Source of the DNA: Planctomycetota bacterium
GTDB taxonomy: Bacteria > Planctomycetota > SZUA-567 > H5-PLA8
Assembly (NCBI GenBank): GCA_038227875.1
Contig: JBBRPR010000006.1
Coordinates: 128,001-192,000 of the forward strand
Length of the DNA: 64,000 nt
Direction of reading: 5' to 3'
The position numbers were made by a program, and so were the translations under genes. Below the pieces are notes generated by a model, which saw only the letters and a program-made list of their open reading frames with translations, did not search any database and had not been told where the DNA came from. How positions within the stretch are numbered: position 1 is the first letter of the stretch; every line of letters starts with the position of its first letter. Shown here piece by piece: positions 36,440 through 46,150 of this stretch.

Positions 36440-38608
36440 TCAATTATCTTTTCCTTCAATATCGCACACGTCGTCGTCCGCGGTCCGCAAGTGCACGCCA
36501 CACTGCCACCAGCCCGTCGTCTGATCGCAATGCATCACCATCAGATGCTCGCCGGCAGTGAGGTGCTGCTGTGAGGTCCCGGGATAGCGGATCGGCGGGC
36601 CTTTGCGTTGGCTGCTGTAAATATGTTTACCGTCGATCCACACCATCACCACGTCGTCGCCCATGATCTTAAATAAGTAGTCGCCGTCTTTCGGCACATC
36701 CAGTTTCACCGCGACGTACGCGCGGGAAAAGAAAATGCCTTCGTACGCGCCGCCGCCGAAGGCGCGGTTTAGATCGTAGAGCCCATAATACGAAATCGCG
36801 TCCGACGGGAATGGCTTCCAGGCCAGGCCCTGCGGCGTCGTGCCGCTTTTGGGCGAAAGGTATTCGGCATCGGTAATCGACAGGTCCTTGTCGTGTGGCC
36901 GCTCGATGGGACCCAGGAATTCCGCGGGGAACGGTTTGACCACGGTGCTCTCGCGCACGACTTTCTGCTCTCCGCCGCGCGTCGTCAGCGTCACAGTCAC
37001 GCGCATCTCCCGCGCCGGCAGATTCGCGGGCACCGTCAGCGCGATGGGGAATTCCTGGATCGCCGCGTTCGGATCGAGCTGGATGTCGCGATGTACTTTC
37101 ACCAGCGCCCGGCCGCGGCCGGGATCGAGTTCCGCATCGAGGCTCGCCGGACTGTTCAGCTTGCCAAAGTTCTGCACCCACGCGCCGAAGTCGGCCGTCT
37201 CGTCTTTTAGAATTCCCATCGACCGTCGTGTCAGCAGCAGATTCAACGGCGGCCGTTCCGGAACGACGGCCGGCCCGCGATCGCCGCCGCTTCCACCCTC
37301 GTGTGATAGCCAGAACTGCGCGAGCGTCAAACCGTCCTGCATGAAATGGAGATGCAGCTGGTGCCAGCCTTTTCCCAACGCAACCGCACCGCCGCGCCAA
37401 TCGGCAGAGTACCACTCGAACGGCTCGCAGCCGTTGTGCCCCAGGTCGGCGTAGACACCGTCGTCGAGCGCCGCCTGCGGATAGTTGGAACACTTCGTCG
37501 CCTCGGGGAGAATCATCGCGTGCAGCGAGTAGTATCCGGGCCGCTCGACTTTGAAATCGTAGACGACTTCGCTTCGCTCATCGTTGCGGTGAAGTCCATG
37601 AAAATCGCCGACGCCCTCTTGCTGCCCTTCCAGATCGCCGGCGCCCTCGCGCGTATGCAGACCGATGCGCGGATGATTTTTCGACATCCACACCCACTCC
37701 CAGCCGTAGCTCATGCTGCGCAACGTGGCCGGATCGATCACGATCGCGCCGGGGTGTTGCAGCGCGCCGTCATCCAGTTCCGGCACCTCATGAGCGGGAT
37801 ACGAGAGCACCGAATTCGAACGCTCGGGAATCTCCAACGGCCCGGCGACGTTGTCCGGCGCAACGCGTTCGACTACGCGCGGAGGAGTCAGCAGCTCTTC
37901 AGTCGGCTGAATCGGTTCCAGCGTCGGACGCGGAGCGACTCTCGCTACTTGAGTGGCCGACGATGCTAGCTTCATGCTTTCCCGCACCACGGCTTCCAGA
38001 AATGGCTGCGGAGAGAGCCCCAGGCTCGCGATCGCGCTGGAAAATTTCTGCGCGCGATCCGTTTCGTTGGATGCTTTGAGCGTCAAGTACGCGCGCGCAA
38101 TTCCAAATCCGCGCGGCACGCCGGACATCGGCGCATAGGCCTGCGTGAGCAGCCAGCGCGGCCGGGTCTCGGTTGGACTGGCGGGAAGAATGCCGAGTTC
38201 CAATTCGTGAAATTCGTCGCTGCCGCCCTCGAAACAAAGTGAAAAGCGTGCGCGAAGTTCGTCGGCCGTGATCGCCTGAACGCCCGGCGGAATTGCCCCG
38301 GTCGCCATCGCCTGGCGCCGCGCCGATCGCGCGAAATGCTGCGCACCGCCGAAAATCAAGACGCTGATCAGCGCCACACCCGCCAGACCCGCGCCGCGAA
38401 TCCGCAGGCGGAACGCGAGACAACCGGCCGCGACCACGAGCATCCATGCGATTTCCAGCAGCATCGTCCCCCGCCAGATTCGCCCGAAGACCGCGCCGTC
38501 GACTTGACTCCCAAACCACAGATCGACCGCGCTCAATACCAGCAGCACCCCCGCCACTGATCGAGCCACGCTGGTTGGGGATGTTTTCGGCACAAGAACC
38601 TCGGGCAA
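36440..38608 (-). CDS. Membrane-anchored protein with CBM-like and PA14-like beta-sandwich domains
   Basis: 3 N-terminal TM; Y.F.V..PGYYSL and LGKGWHQL; C-terminal GDYLF..GDD...WIDGK...LTAGEH. Confidence 0.7.
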   Translation of the reverse strand: MPEVLVPKTSPTSVARSVAGVLLVLSAVDLWFGSQVDGAVFGRIWRGTMLLEIAWMLVVAAGCLAFRLRIRGAGLAGVALISVLIFGGAQHFARSARRQAMATGAIPPGVQAITADELRARFSLCFEGGSDEFHELELGILPASPTETRPRWLLTQAYAPMSGVPRGFGIARAYLTLKASNETDRAQKFSSAIASLGLSPQPFLEAVVRESMKLASSATQVARVAPRPTLEPIQPTEELLTPPRVVERVAPDNVAGPLEIPERSNSVLSYPAHEVPELDDGALQHPGAIVIDPATLRSMSYGWEWVWMSKNHPRIGLHTREGAGDLEGQQEGVGDFHGLHRNDERSEVVYDFKVERPGYYSLHAMILPEATKCSNYPQAALDDGVYADLGHNGCEPFEWYSADWRGGAVALGKGWHQLHLHFMQDGLTLAQFWLSHEGGSGGDRGPAVVPERPPLNLLLTRRSMGILKDETADFGAWVQNFGKLNSPASLDAELDPGRGRALVKVHRDIQLDPNAAIQEFPIALTVPANLPAREMRVTVTLTTRGGEQKVVRESTVVKPFPAEFLGPIERPHDKDLSITDAEYLSPKSGTTPQGLAWKPFPSDAISYYGLYDLNRAFGGGAYEGIFFSRAYVAVKLDVPKDGDYLFKIMGDDVVMVWIDGKHIYSSQRKGPPIRYPGTSQQHLTAGEHLMVMHCDQTTGWWQCGVHLRTADDDVCDIEGKDN

Positions 38609-38756
38609 CGCACGGTGGCGAATTCGAGCGCGATCAACTCTACCGCTTCCCTTTACAAATAAGTAATACGCCCCGTCACCGAATTTACGACATCCTAATG
38701 AGACAAAAGGTAGTGTTCAGTCAGGGCCTGGCTGTAGCGCCTGACTGGAGGAAATC

Positions 38757-39068
38757 ATGCAACTACTCGAGGGAGTCCTGAAGCGTTCTCTGGAGAATTT
38801 TCTGCGCGGCTTCGGCGCGCGTGATCCGAATCTTAACACCACGCCCCACATCAAACCTCATCCGGAAAAAACCAAGCGCATCAATCCCATCGGTTACTGG
38901 CGCGGCGTGCCTTTTGAGATCGTCGTCCGTGAACCCGACTCCGCTGCCGAACGCGAAGTCCATGTCGGCGTCTGGCGCGGCGTGCGCTGCGTCTTCACCA
39001 CCGCCAAACGCGCCACGGTGCTCGGCGACACGGGTTTTACGGAGATCCGGCCGACGGAGAACATTTAA
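38757..39068 (+). CDS. Small hypothetical protein
   Basis: GGAGG RBS 6 nt before the ATG; fills the intergenic gap. Confidence 0.55.
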   Translation: MQLLEGVLKRSLENFLRGFGARDPNLNTTPHIKPHPEKTKRINPIGYWRGVPFEIVVREPDSAAEREVHVGVWRGVRCVFTTAKRATVLGDTGFTEIRPTENI

Positions 39069-39070
39069 CG

Positions 39071-39212
39071 GAGTCATGGGTCATTGGGCATTGGTCATTG
39101 GTCATTGGTCATTTTTCATTTACGAGGAGCGTCCTGTTAAACGGTTTGTCCTGTCTGCCGCTCTCCGTAAATGACAAATGGAAAATGACCACTGACCGAT
39201 GACCGATGACTC
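39071..39212. repeat. Heptamer (GGTCATT/AATGACC) inverted-repeat element
   Basis: Tandem GGTCATT-type units on the left, ATGACC-type units on the right, between convergent genes. Confidence 0.8.
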
Positions 39213-39214
39213 TG

Positions 39215-41410
39215 TTAAACGCGTTGGGGTTGGGGCGCAGGGTCCGGCAACGGCGCGGGTTTCGTGGGCATCGGTACATCGCGTTCGAACCCGCGCATGA
39301 TCAGCAGCGACGTCGTCGCTTTTTGAATCAGGTCTTCCGACTTCAATCCAAATTGCCGCTGCTCCAGTCCCCACTCCGGGCCGGAGCCGATCACGATCAG
39401 GTCGTAGTTGTTTGCGGCTTCCGCCAGTGCGGCCTGGGCCGGCTCGAGATGCTCGACGACTTTCATCTTCACCGATTCGCCCTGAGTGGGGTCGTTGAAG
39501 ACCGAATTGAACTGCGCCTGCGCGCCGCGCTGCGGGCCGTCCTTATCGCGGTCGGGCGGTACGACGTGAAGGATCGTGATCTGCGCGCCCAACTGAGCGT
39601 TTAGACGCCGCGCCAGCTTGAACGCGCACTGGTCGTGAAACGTACCATTATAAGGGAGCAGCACGCGCTTGATGCTCGTCAGCCCGCGGTCGATCAGCAC
39701 GCCGACGTCGGCCTGCGCCTCGGCCATCACGTCGTAAACCACGCCGCCCAGCCGCGACTGGTTGATCAGCGGCTTGTGCCAACCCAGTAGAATCAGGTCG
39801 CTCTGCTTGGTCGCCGCGACCTGGCAGATGTCCGCGGCCGGCGCGTTCGAGACGAACGTCAGCGGGCTGACTTTCAGGCCCAGTTCCTCACTGCGCTCCA
39901 GCAGCGGAATCAGCGCGTTGCCTTCCTTGGTGTCGGCTTTCGGCATCCGCCCGGATTCTTTGGCCTCTTCGGCCAGGTAGGTCGACGTTCGTTCCGGCGG
40001 CGGGATCAGCCGCAGCGCCGTCACGCGGCTCTTGGTCGAATCCTTTCCCGTCAGCGCCGACGCCAGCACCGCCATCGCCGGTCCGGTGCGGTCGTGCGCC
40101 ACGCACAGCAGCAGGCGGAAGACTTTCCCCGGCAACTGCGTGCTGCTCTCGGACAATTCCATCGCCAGGCGCTGATCGGGGTAGAAGAAATGAAGCAGCG
40201 GCGTCGTCATGAAGGTGGTGATCAGCGCCATCAACACCATCATGGTAAAGAGCGCCGGAGAGAGTACGCCCAGATCCAGCCCGATGTTCAGCACGATCAA
40301 TTCCATCAATCCGCGCGTGTTCATCAGGATGCCGATGGCCGTTGAATCACGCCACGACAAGCCCGTCCACTTTGCAGCGAGGGAACTGCCGCCGAATTTT
40401 CCCAGGCAGGCGGCAAGCGTGATCAGCCCGCAGTAGATCCACGTGTCGGCCGAATTGAGCAGGTTGATCTGCGTGCGCAATCCGCTGAACGCAAAGAACA
40501 GCGGCAGCATGAAGACGACGACGAAATCTTCGAGTTTCTCGGCCAGCGCCGGAGCGTACCCGCCTTCGCGCGGCATAATCGCACCGAAAAGAAACGCGCC
40601 AAACAAGGCGTGAATGCCGATCAGTTCCGTCGCCATGCTGGAGAGCAACAGCAGCACGAACGTGACGGCGACGAGATTCTGATTGAGCACTTCCTTGCTG
40701 CTGGTTCGCGCGCCCAACTGCGCCAGGAACGGCCGCACCAGGAAAACCATGAAGCCGATGTAGCACAGCGCATAGCCGGTCGTCAGCGCCGCCGCCGCGA
40801 AGCCCGACGCGCGGACGATTGAGACGACAAACGCAAGCACACACCACGCCGTAACGTCGTCGACCGCCGCGCAGGCGATGGTGATCGCGCCAATGCGGGT
40901 GCGCATCAGCCGGCGTTCGGAGAGGATGCGCGCGAGCACCGGAAACGCCGTGATGCTCATCGCCACGCCCATGAACAGCGCAAACGAACTGAAACGCACG
41001 TATCCAGGAGCGTCGGGGTCCGGCTGCGAGAGCCGCGGATACAAAAAAGTCGCCAGCAACCCACCCAACGCAAACGGCACGATGATGCTGGAATGACTGA
41101 TGATCACCGACGTCCGGCCGCGCCCGTGCAGCAGCTTCGGGTCGAGTTCCAGGCCGATCAAGAACATGAAAAAGATCAGGCCGACTTCGCTCATCACCTT
41201 TAAGAGCGGCTGCGACGCCGCCGAAAAGAGGTGTGATTGAAATGTCGGAAAGAGAATGCCCAGCACCGAGGGTCCGAGCAGAATTCCCGCGAGGATTTCC
41301 GCGATGACCATCGGCTGCCCGAGCCGTCGCGCAAGCAATCCGATCAAACGCGCCAGCACGACGATGACAATCGCCTGCACGACAAACTGGGTAAGTGGAT
41401 GCTCTAGCAC
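39215..41410 (-). CDS. CPA2 cation:proton antiporter with C-terminal USP-like domains
   Basis: QP.VIAEI.AGILLGPS, SITAFPVLARIL, AAVDDV, MNTRGLMEL; C-terminal DLILLG and ILHVV; GTG start with AGGAAG. Confidence 0.92.
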   Translation of the reverse strand: MLEHPLTQFVVQAIVIVVLARLIGLLARRLGQPMVIAEILAGILLGPSVLGILFPTFQSHLFSAASQPLLKVMSEVGLIFFMFLIGLELDPKLLHGRGRTSVIISHSSIIVPFALGGLLATFLYPRLSQPDPDAPGYVRFSSFALFMGVAMSITAFPVLARILSERRLMRTRIGAITIACAAVDDVTAWCVLAFVVSIVRASGFAAAALTTGYALCYIGFMVFLVRPFLAQLGARTSSKEVLNQNLVAVTFVLLLLSSMATELIGIHALFGAFLFGAIMPREGGYAPALAEKLEDFVVVFMLPLFFAFSGLRTQINLLNSADTWIYCGLITLAACLGKFGGSSLAAKWTGLSWRDSTAIGILMNTRGLMELIVLNIGLDLGVLSPALFTMMVLMALITTFMTTPLLHFFYPDQRLAMELSESSTQLPGKVFRLLLCVAHDRTGPAMAVLASALTGKDSTKSRVTALRLIPPPERTSTYLAEEAKESGRMPKADTKEGNALIPLLERSEELGLKVSPLTFVSNAPAADICQVAATKQSDLILLGWHKPLINQSRLGGVVYDVMAEAQADVGVLIDRGLTSIKRVLLPYNGTFHDQCAFKLARRLNAQLGAQITILHVVPPDRDKDGPQRGAQAQFNSVFNDPTQGESVKMKVVEHLEPAQAALAEAANNYDLIVIGSGPEWGLEQRQFGLKSEDLIQKATTSLLIMRGFERDVPMPTKPAPLPDPAPQPQRV

Positions 41411-41595
41411 GCGGAAGCTTCCTGAATGGAACCGCCAGACGTCCTCGATAACCCAGAGACGCCCGCCGCGCAACGGCTACTCGCATAAAAAGGCGGAAAT
41501 ATGCTGATCGAAACAAATGTAGTGCGAATGCCTTCTCCGTCCCAGTGGAGGAGTGAGCGACGAGCGACTTTGGTTCGGGATATATCGTTTTGCGT

Positions 41596-42177
41596 TTACT
41601 GTCCGGCTTCGTCGAATTCCGAAAATCGCACGGGCAGGTCGCTGCGGTTAATGGCAATGCCGTCGGCGAAAACGCCGAGCACTGCTGGCCCCGCTGTATG
41701 GATCGTGTGCTTTACATAGACCACAATCTCGCTGCTGTTGCGGACCACAGAGTCAATTGTGTACCAGGGCGCAGCATCTCCCGTAGTGACCATCACCACC
41801 GCCATCTGCCTCTTGAAATCCACGTTGCTCCAGCGTGCGAAGCATTGGTTCTTTGATCCCAAATACGAGTTGAAGGCTTCGGCGTTGCGGAAGACGAACG
41901 TGCCGCGGGTCAGGTCGCTGCCGTTGGGCAGTTTCAGATTCCAGTGGATCTTCATGGGCACGGCGTTCGGAACGACTTCGCGCGGACGCAATGTTTTCTC
42001 GGCGGATGGTTGAGCAATTTGCGGCGGCGGCAAGGGCTGAGCCTGCTCGTGCGGCGCCACGGTGGCACTGTCGACTTCCGGATGCAGATCCGAGTAGGGC
42101 ACCGGCTCCTGATGCGCATACCAATACAGCGCCGCCGCGATGGCAAGCGTAACGATGACAACGTTGCGAATTTTCAT
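41596..42177 (-). CDS. Hypothetical exported protein, PrcB C-terminal-like
   Basis: N-terminal TM, Pro-rich linker, VDF...AVV...G....YTIDSV motif. Confidence 0.65.
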   Translation of the reverse strand: MKIRNVVIVTLAIAAALYWYAHQEPVPYSDLHPEVDSATVAPHEQAQPLPPPQIAQPSAEKTLRPREVVPNAVPMKIHWNLKLPNGSDLTRGTFVFRNAEAFNSYLGSKNQCFARWSNVDFKRQMAVVMVTTGDAAPWYTIDSVVRNSSEIVVYVKHTIHTAGPAVLGVFADGIAINRSDLPVRFSEFDEAGQ

Positions 42178-42312
42178 GTGCTGACCGCCAATAAAAAGAG
42201 TGCCGTAAAAGGGTCTTCTGATATCGGCACTCAGGCGGGGCGCGGCGGACTGCTTAGTTCAAATTTCATAGGAGTTTCAGCAGATATTTTTATCGGACAG
42301 TCGCGCGCTATT

Positions 42313-44028
42313 TTATTCGTAGCGGATCTTGAACACCACGCCCAATCCGCGGCAGTGGGGACAGCGGTAGGTGGTGTGCGTATCATCCTGCTCAACGCCG
42401 TACGTGCCTTTGCTGTCGCAATGTTCGCAGGGCACTTCCACCACGCTCTTCACGCGGAAAATGTGCTCTGCGGCAATCGCGCGCAGAATTCCAATCTGCG
42501 TCTCGGCACTCTGATGTTCCCACCACACGTTCGGATCGTCGCTGGTTTCCGCGAGCCAATCCTTATCCGGCTTGGACGGCTCCTGCGGTCGCGCACCGTC
42601 AATGAACAGCGGCTTGGATTTTGCGCCCGGACGCAGCCAGCTGCCTTTGCCGTAATTGGCTTCCTGAATGCTGCCGTAATTGGCTTCGACATTCAATTTT
42701 CCGTCTTCGTAATGGCCCCTGGCCCCGGTGATGCGGCTGTCGAAAATCTCGAGCGCCTTCTCGTCGCTGATGTTCATTTTCGTGGCCAGTGCCGAGATCA
42801 GTTCCGCCTTCAGTCCTGTCCGCTTTTTCGTGTTGGTGGCGTAGTCGAGTATCTGATCGTACGTCGGCCGGCGCACGTCGGACGTGTCGCCGGTTTCGAG
42901 CTGGATGTCGACCATCGCCAGAATGTCCTTCTGGGAAATGCTCAATTCCATGTCGCCGCACTTCAGGCCGACGTAGCCGGAGAATTCCGCCTTCGTCTGC
43001 GTGCCGCGGAAGATGTCGCCGTGCGTGGTCGTGATCTGCTTGCCGGGTATGGCGGGGACGAGATTGCCCTTGGCGTCGAGCTTGTAACTGCGCATCACTT
43101 CCTTGTCGCAGAGATTAAGGAAGATCTGATACGAGAGCGGAATGAGGTTGCGCTTGAGCTCCTGCCGCGCGCCGGCTTCAATTTTGGCGCGCATCGCATC
43201 CCAGCGGCTCTTGTACTCCGAGTTGGGAAAATTGCGGTCGAGCTTCGCGAGGATGTCGCTGGCCTCCAGCCAGTTTTCAGTCAGCTTCGCGTGCTCCAGT
43301 TCCTGAAACACACGCATGGCCGAGCGGCGCGCGTCCTCGTTGAGCACCATCATGCGGAATTCAGACTGTGTCTCGCGGGTGCGCGGATCGATGATCTCCG
43401 CGCACTTCAGGTTATCGAGCGCTTCGTGGTAGAGCTCAATCTCCGCGCAGCGCTTAGCCAGCGCCAGGTACGCGGCGGCGTCATTGGCGGCGGGTGGCTT
43501 CTGCGTCAGCCAGCGCTGGTAGACTTCCTGCGGCGTGTAGAAATCGCATTCGTACGCGTCGAGGGGTTCTTCGGTCTGAACGTCCTTCTCGGAAATCAGC
43601 AGCAGCGGTGCGCCGCAGGTTTTGAAGGCGCGATGACCGTAGGCATTGCGCTCGGGCATCGGCAGTGCGACCAGTTCTTTGCCGCTGGCCAGATGCACCC
43701 GCGCGCCGCGGACCTTCTCGCCCCAGACCGTCCGTCCGTCGTGCTCGTCGAGGCCGAAGTACTTCTTGACGCGGCGACGCTCGTTGGACTCCAGGTCCTT
43801 CCAGAACAGTTCCACCGTCTGCCCGGTGTCGCTGAGTTTCATGCGAAAACTCTTCTCGGTCGCCGGCAGCACCCGCGTCCCGGAAATCGGCAGCCCGCCG
43901 ATGACCACTGTCATCTCTTCGGCTTGAGGTGTGGACGTGGAATTCTGCGGGCTCGTCAGCGTTTCAGCCGACAACGCGCGTAAAGCCATTAAGGCCAGCA
44001 CGATAAGAATGGGACAGCGGTGATACAT
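42313..44028 (-). CDS. Secreted multidomain hypothetical (SHD1/Sm-like, TPR, C-terminal Zn-finger)
   Basis: Signal peptide; TPR-like helices; CEHCDSKG and CPHCRGLG. Confidence 0.8.
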   Translation of the reverse strand: MYHRCPILIVLALMALRALSAETLTSPQNSTSTPQAEEMTVVIGGLPISGTRVLPATEKSFRMKLSDTGQTVELFWKDLESNERRRVKKYFGLDEHDGRTVWGEKVRGARVHLASGKELVALPMPERNAYGHRAFKTCGAPLLLISEKDVQTEEPLDAYECDFYTPQEVYQRWLTQKPPAANDAAAYLALAKRCAEIELYHEALDNLKCAEIIDPRTRETQSEFRMMVLNEDARRSAMRVFQELEHAKLTENWLEASDILAKLDRNFPNSEYKSRWDAMRAKIEAGARQELKRNLIPLSYQIFLNLCDKEVMRSYKLDAKGNLVPAIPGKQITTTHGDIFRGTQTKAEFSGYVGLKCGDMELSISQKDILAMVDIQLETGDTSDVRRPTYDQILDYATNTKKRTGLKAELISALATKMNISDEKALEIFDSRITGARGHYEDGKLNVEANYGSIQEANYGKGSWLRPGAKSKPLFIDGARPQEPSKPDKDWLAETSDDPNVWWEHQSAETQIGILRAIAAEHIFRVKSVVEVPCEHCDSKGTYGVEQDDTHTTYRCPHCRGLGVVFKIRYE

Positions 44029-44405
44029 GCCGGATCAAATCCCTTTGGATAGTCTGACTGAACCGGACATTTGACGACACAATTCAATAATTGTTACGAA
44101 AGAACTACGGTGAATCAGCAATGGGACAATTCGCTTAATCGCGGAAATAATGACCGGCGAAGTCTCCCCTAAAATTCATGGCCATGGCGGGTCGTTGCCA
44201 GAGAAAAAGGTACTGCCCGCCGCCAAAAGATTCGATCACATACCGGGGGCTTTCTGTGCGGGCGACTGTGTCGTCGCGCATAAATGCGCATTTGCCTGTC
44301 GTCCCATGACCCCACGAAACTTGAATCGCATCCACGCTTTCCGTGAAGCGTCGGGCGCCAGCGTCGTCCTGCACTGTACACGGCACGCAGCGAGGATCCG
44401 GCATC

Positions 44406-45743
44406 ATGATCGTCCGAAAGTTCACCGCTTTGTTGGCACTGACAACACTGACGTTCTGTCTCCAAATCCGGGGTTCCGAACCGTACGAACCACCGCCGCA
44501 GTACAAAGTCACCGACGTGATCCCGCCCGACGTCACGCCGGGTGAGTTGTTCCAGATCGACGACACCGTAGTCGCGTCGAATTTCTACTATTATTTCCAC
44601 GTCGCCTCAAAATTTGGCAACTACGAGGTCGCATCCGTGAATTTGCTCCGCACGCGCGCGCATGAAATCGAAGTGCTCACGCAGAATCCCGACGACCCGG
44701 GCACCGGCGAGTTCGCCGATTCGGTCAAGACGGAACTGACTGCCAACGCCAAAGGCGTGGTCAAAGCCGTGGCCGCGCCGGTGAAGACCGTCAAGGCGGT
44801 GGCGACGGGCATCAAGCGCGACAGCCAGAACGCCATCGATATGCTCTTCCGCAAAAATCGCAATCAGCCCAAGGAAGCTTTTTTCATCGGCGAAGAACGC
44901 CGGAAGCTCGCCTGCGCGGTGGGGCTCGATCTGTACTCCACCAACCCGGCCGTGCAGGACTTCCTGACCGCTCACGCCAAGGCGCGTACGGCGGGGACCA
45001 CGTTCGTAAGCGTCAGCTTCAGCATCACGACCACGGTGGTGCCGGTGCTCTCCCCCGTCGGTTGGGCGATCTCTGCGGGGAAGTACCGCGACCAGGCCTA
45101 CGCCAAAGTCGACACGCTCTCCGCGATCGATCTCTACCGCTACAATGACGACCTGCTGAAGAGCATGGACGTCGATAAGGAACTGCGCGTCCGCTTCCTG
45201 GAATACCCCGACTTCACGCCGCGCCAGAAGACAGAGATCGTCGCGGCTTTGAAGTCGCTGGAGAAGCTCAGTGACAAGAACGATTTCATCGCCGCCGTGC
45301 AGGAATTTCATCCGGTCGAAGGCATCTGGCCGGTCGAATGCGCCGCAATGCTGGCCAAGTTCGACAACGTCGGTGATGCCGTCACCAGTGTGAGCGCCAG
45401 CGGCCCGGCGCTTTCGGCCCGGAGCGTCAGCGGCAAGGACGTGGTCGTCTTCCCCGCCGATGTGCTGTATTGGAACTACGACGCCGCGAAGGTCTTCGAG
45501 TCCTTCGCGCCCGGCAAGCCCGACGGCCAGCGCGTCTGCGTGGTCTCCGGTCAGATCACCTCCCGCGCACGCGCGGAACTCGAAAAGCGCGGCTTCGTGG
45601 TTCATGAGCGGTACTTGTTCGACGCCGCTCCGGCTGCTCCTATCACCCCGACTGCCTCCGTTGCCCCGGCCGCTGAGGCCACGAGCAACAAGATCCCCGA
45701 ATCCCGCGCTGAATTCCACGTTGCACATCAAGGAGTGGACTAA
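44406..45743 (+). CDS. Hypothetical exported protein
   Basis: Signal-like N-terminus; long ORF with GC3-rich codons. Confidence 0.8.
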   Translation: MIVRKFTALLALTTLTFCLQIRGSEPYEPPPQYKVTDVIPPDVTPGELFQIDDTVVASNFYYYFHVASKFGNYEVASVNLLRTRAHEIEVLTQNPDDPGTGEFADSVKTELTANAKGVVKAVAAPVKTVKAVATGIKRDSQNAIDMLFRKNRNQPKEAFFIGEERRKLACAVGLDLYSTNPAVQDFLTAHAKARTAGTTFVSVSFSITTTVVPVLSPVGWAISAGKYRDQAYAKVDTLSAIDLYRYNDDLLKSMDVDKELRVRFLEYPDFTPRQKTEIVAALKSLEKLSDKNDFIAAVQEFHPVEGIWPVECAAMLAKFDNVGDAVTSVSASGPALSARSVSGKDVVVFPADVLYWNYDAAKVFESFAPGKPDGQRVCVVSGQITSRARAELEKRGFVVHERYLFDAAPAAPITPTASVAPAAEATSNKIPESRAEFHVAHQGVD

Positions 45744-45844
45744 GCCGCCCCGAACTCGCTAAAGCACACCCCTCCTCCGGACGATGATAAGGAACCGCAT
45801 TCGATAGGTTCATCAGCGGCCAACAAAGTCCGGGGGGACTGACC

Positions 45845-46066
45845 TTGTTCTGCTACGCCTGCAACCAATCCACCATCGGCCATGCCGCTGACCAGACGCG
45901 CTGCGAACACTGCAGGCGGGTCCTGTGGGAAGCTCTCGCGCAGCCGTGTTCGACCAAGCCGATGCGCGACATTCCGTATAAAGCGCTGTGTAAGTTTGGA
46001 GCGGGAACGGTGAAGGGCGGACAGAAGCTGCTAGAGCTGGAATCCATACAGAATGATGGGAAGTAG
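45845..46066 (+). pseudogene. Possible Zn-ribbon gene fragment
   Basis: CYAC...CEHC pair; TTG start only. Confidence 0.25.
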
Positions 46067-46150
46067 AAGTACGGCAATTTTGAATTCTTAGTTGCTGCCG
46101 CGGCGAAGTGAGTTCAAAATTCAATTGCCATAGAAGGTCCAACTCGCGGC

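Noticed and set aside
41944..43983. Long antisense ORFs (also 48541-50241, 60583-62727, 51616-53082, 1055-2353, 29322-30743)
   Set aside because: Shadow frames opposite well-supported genes; expected with GC3-rich codon usage; no motifs.
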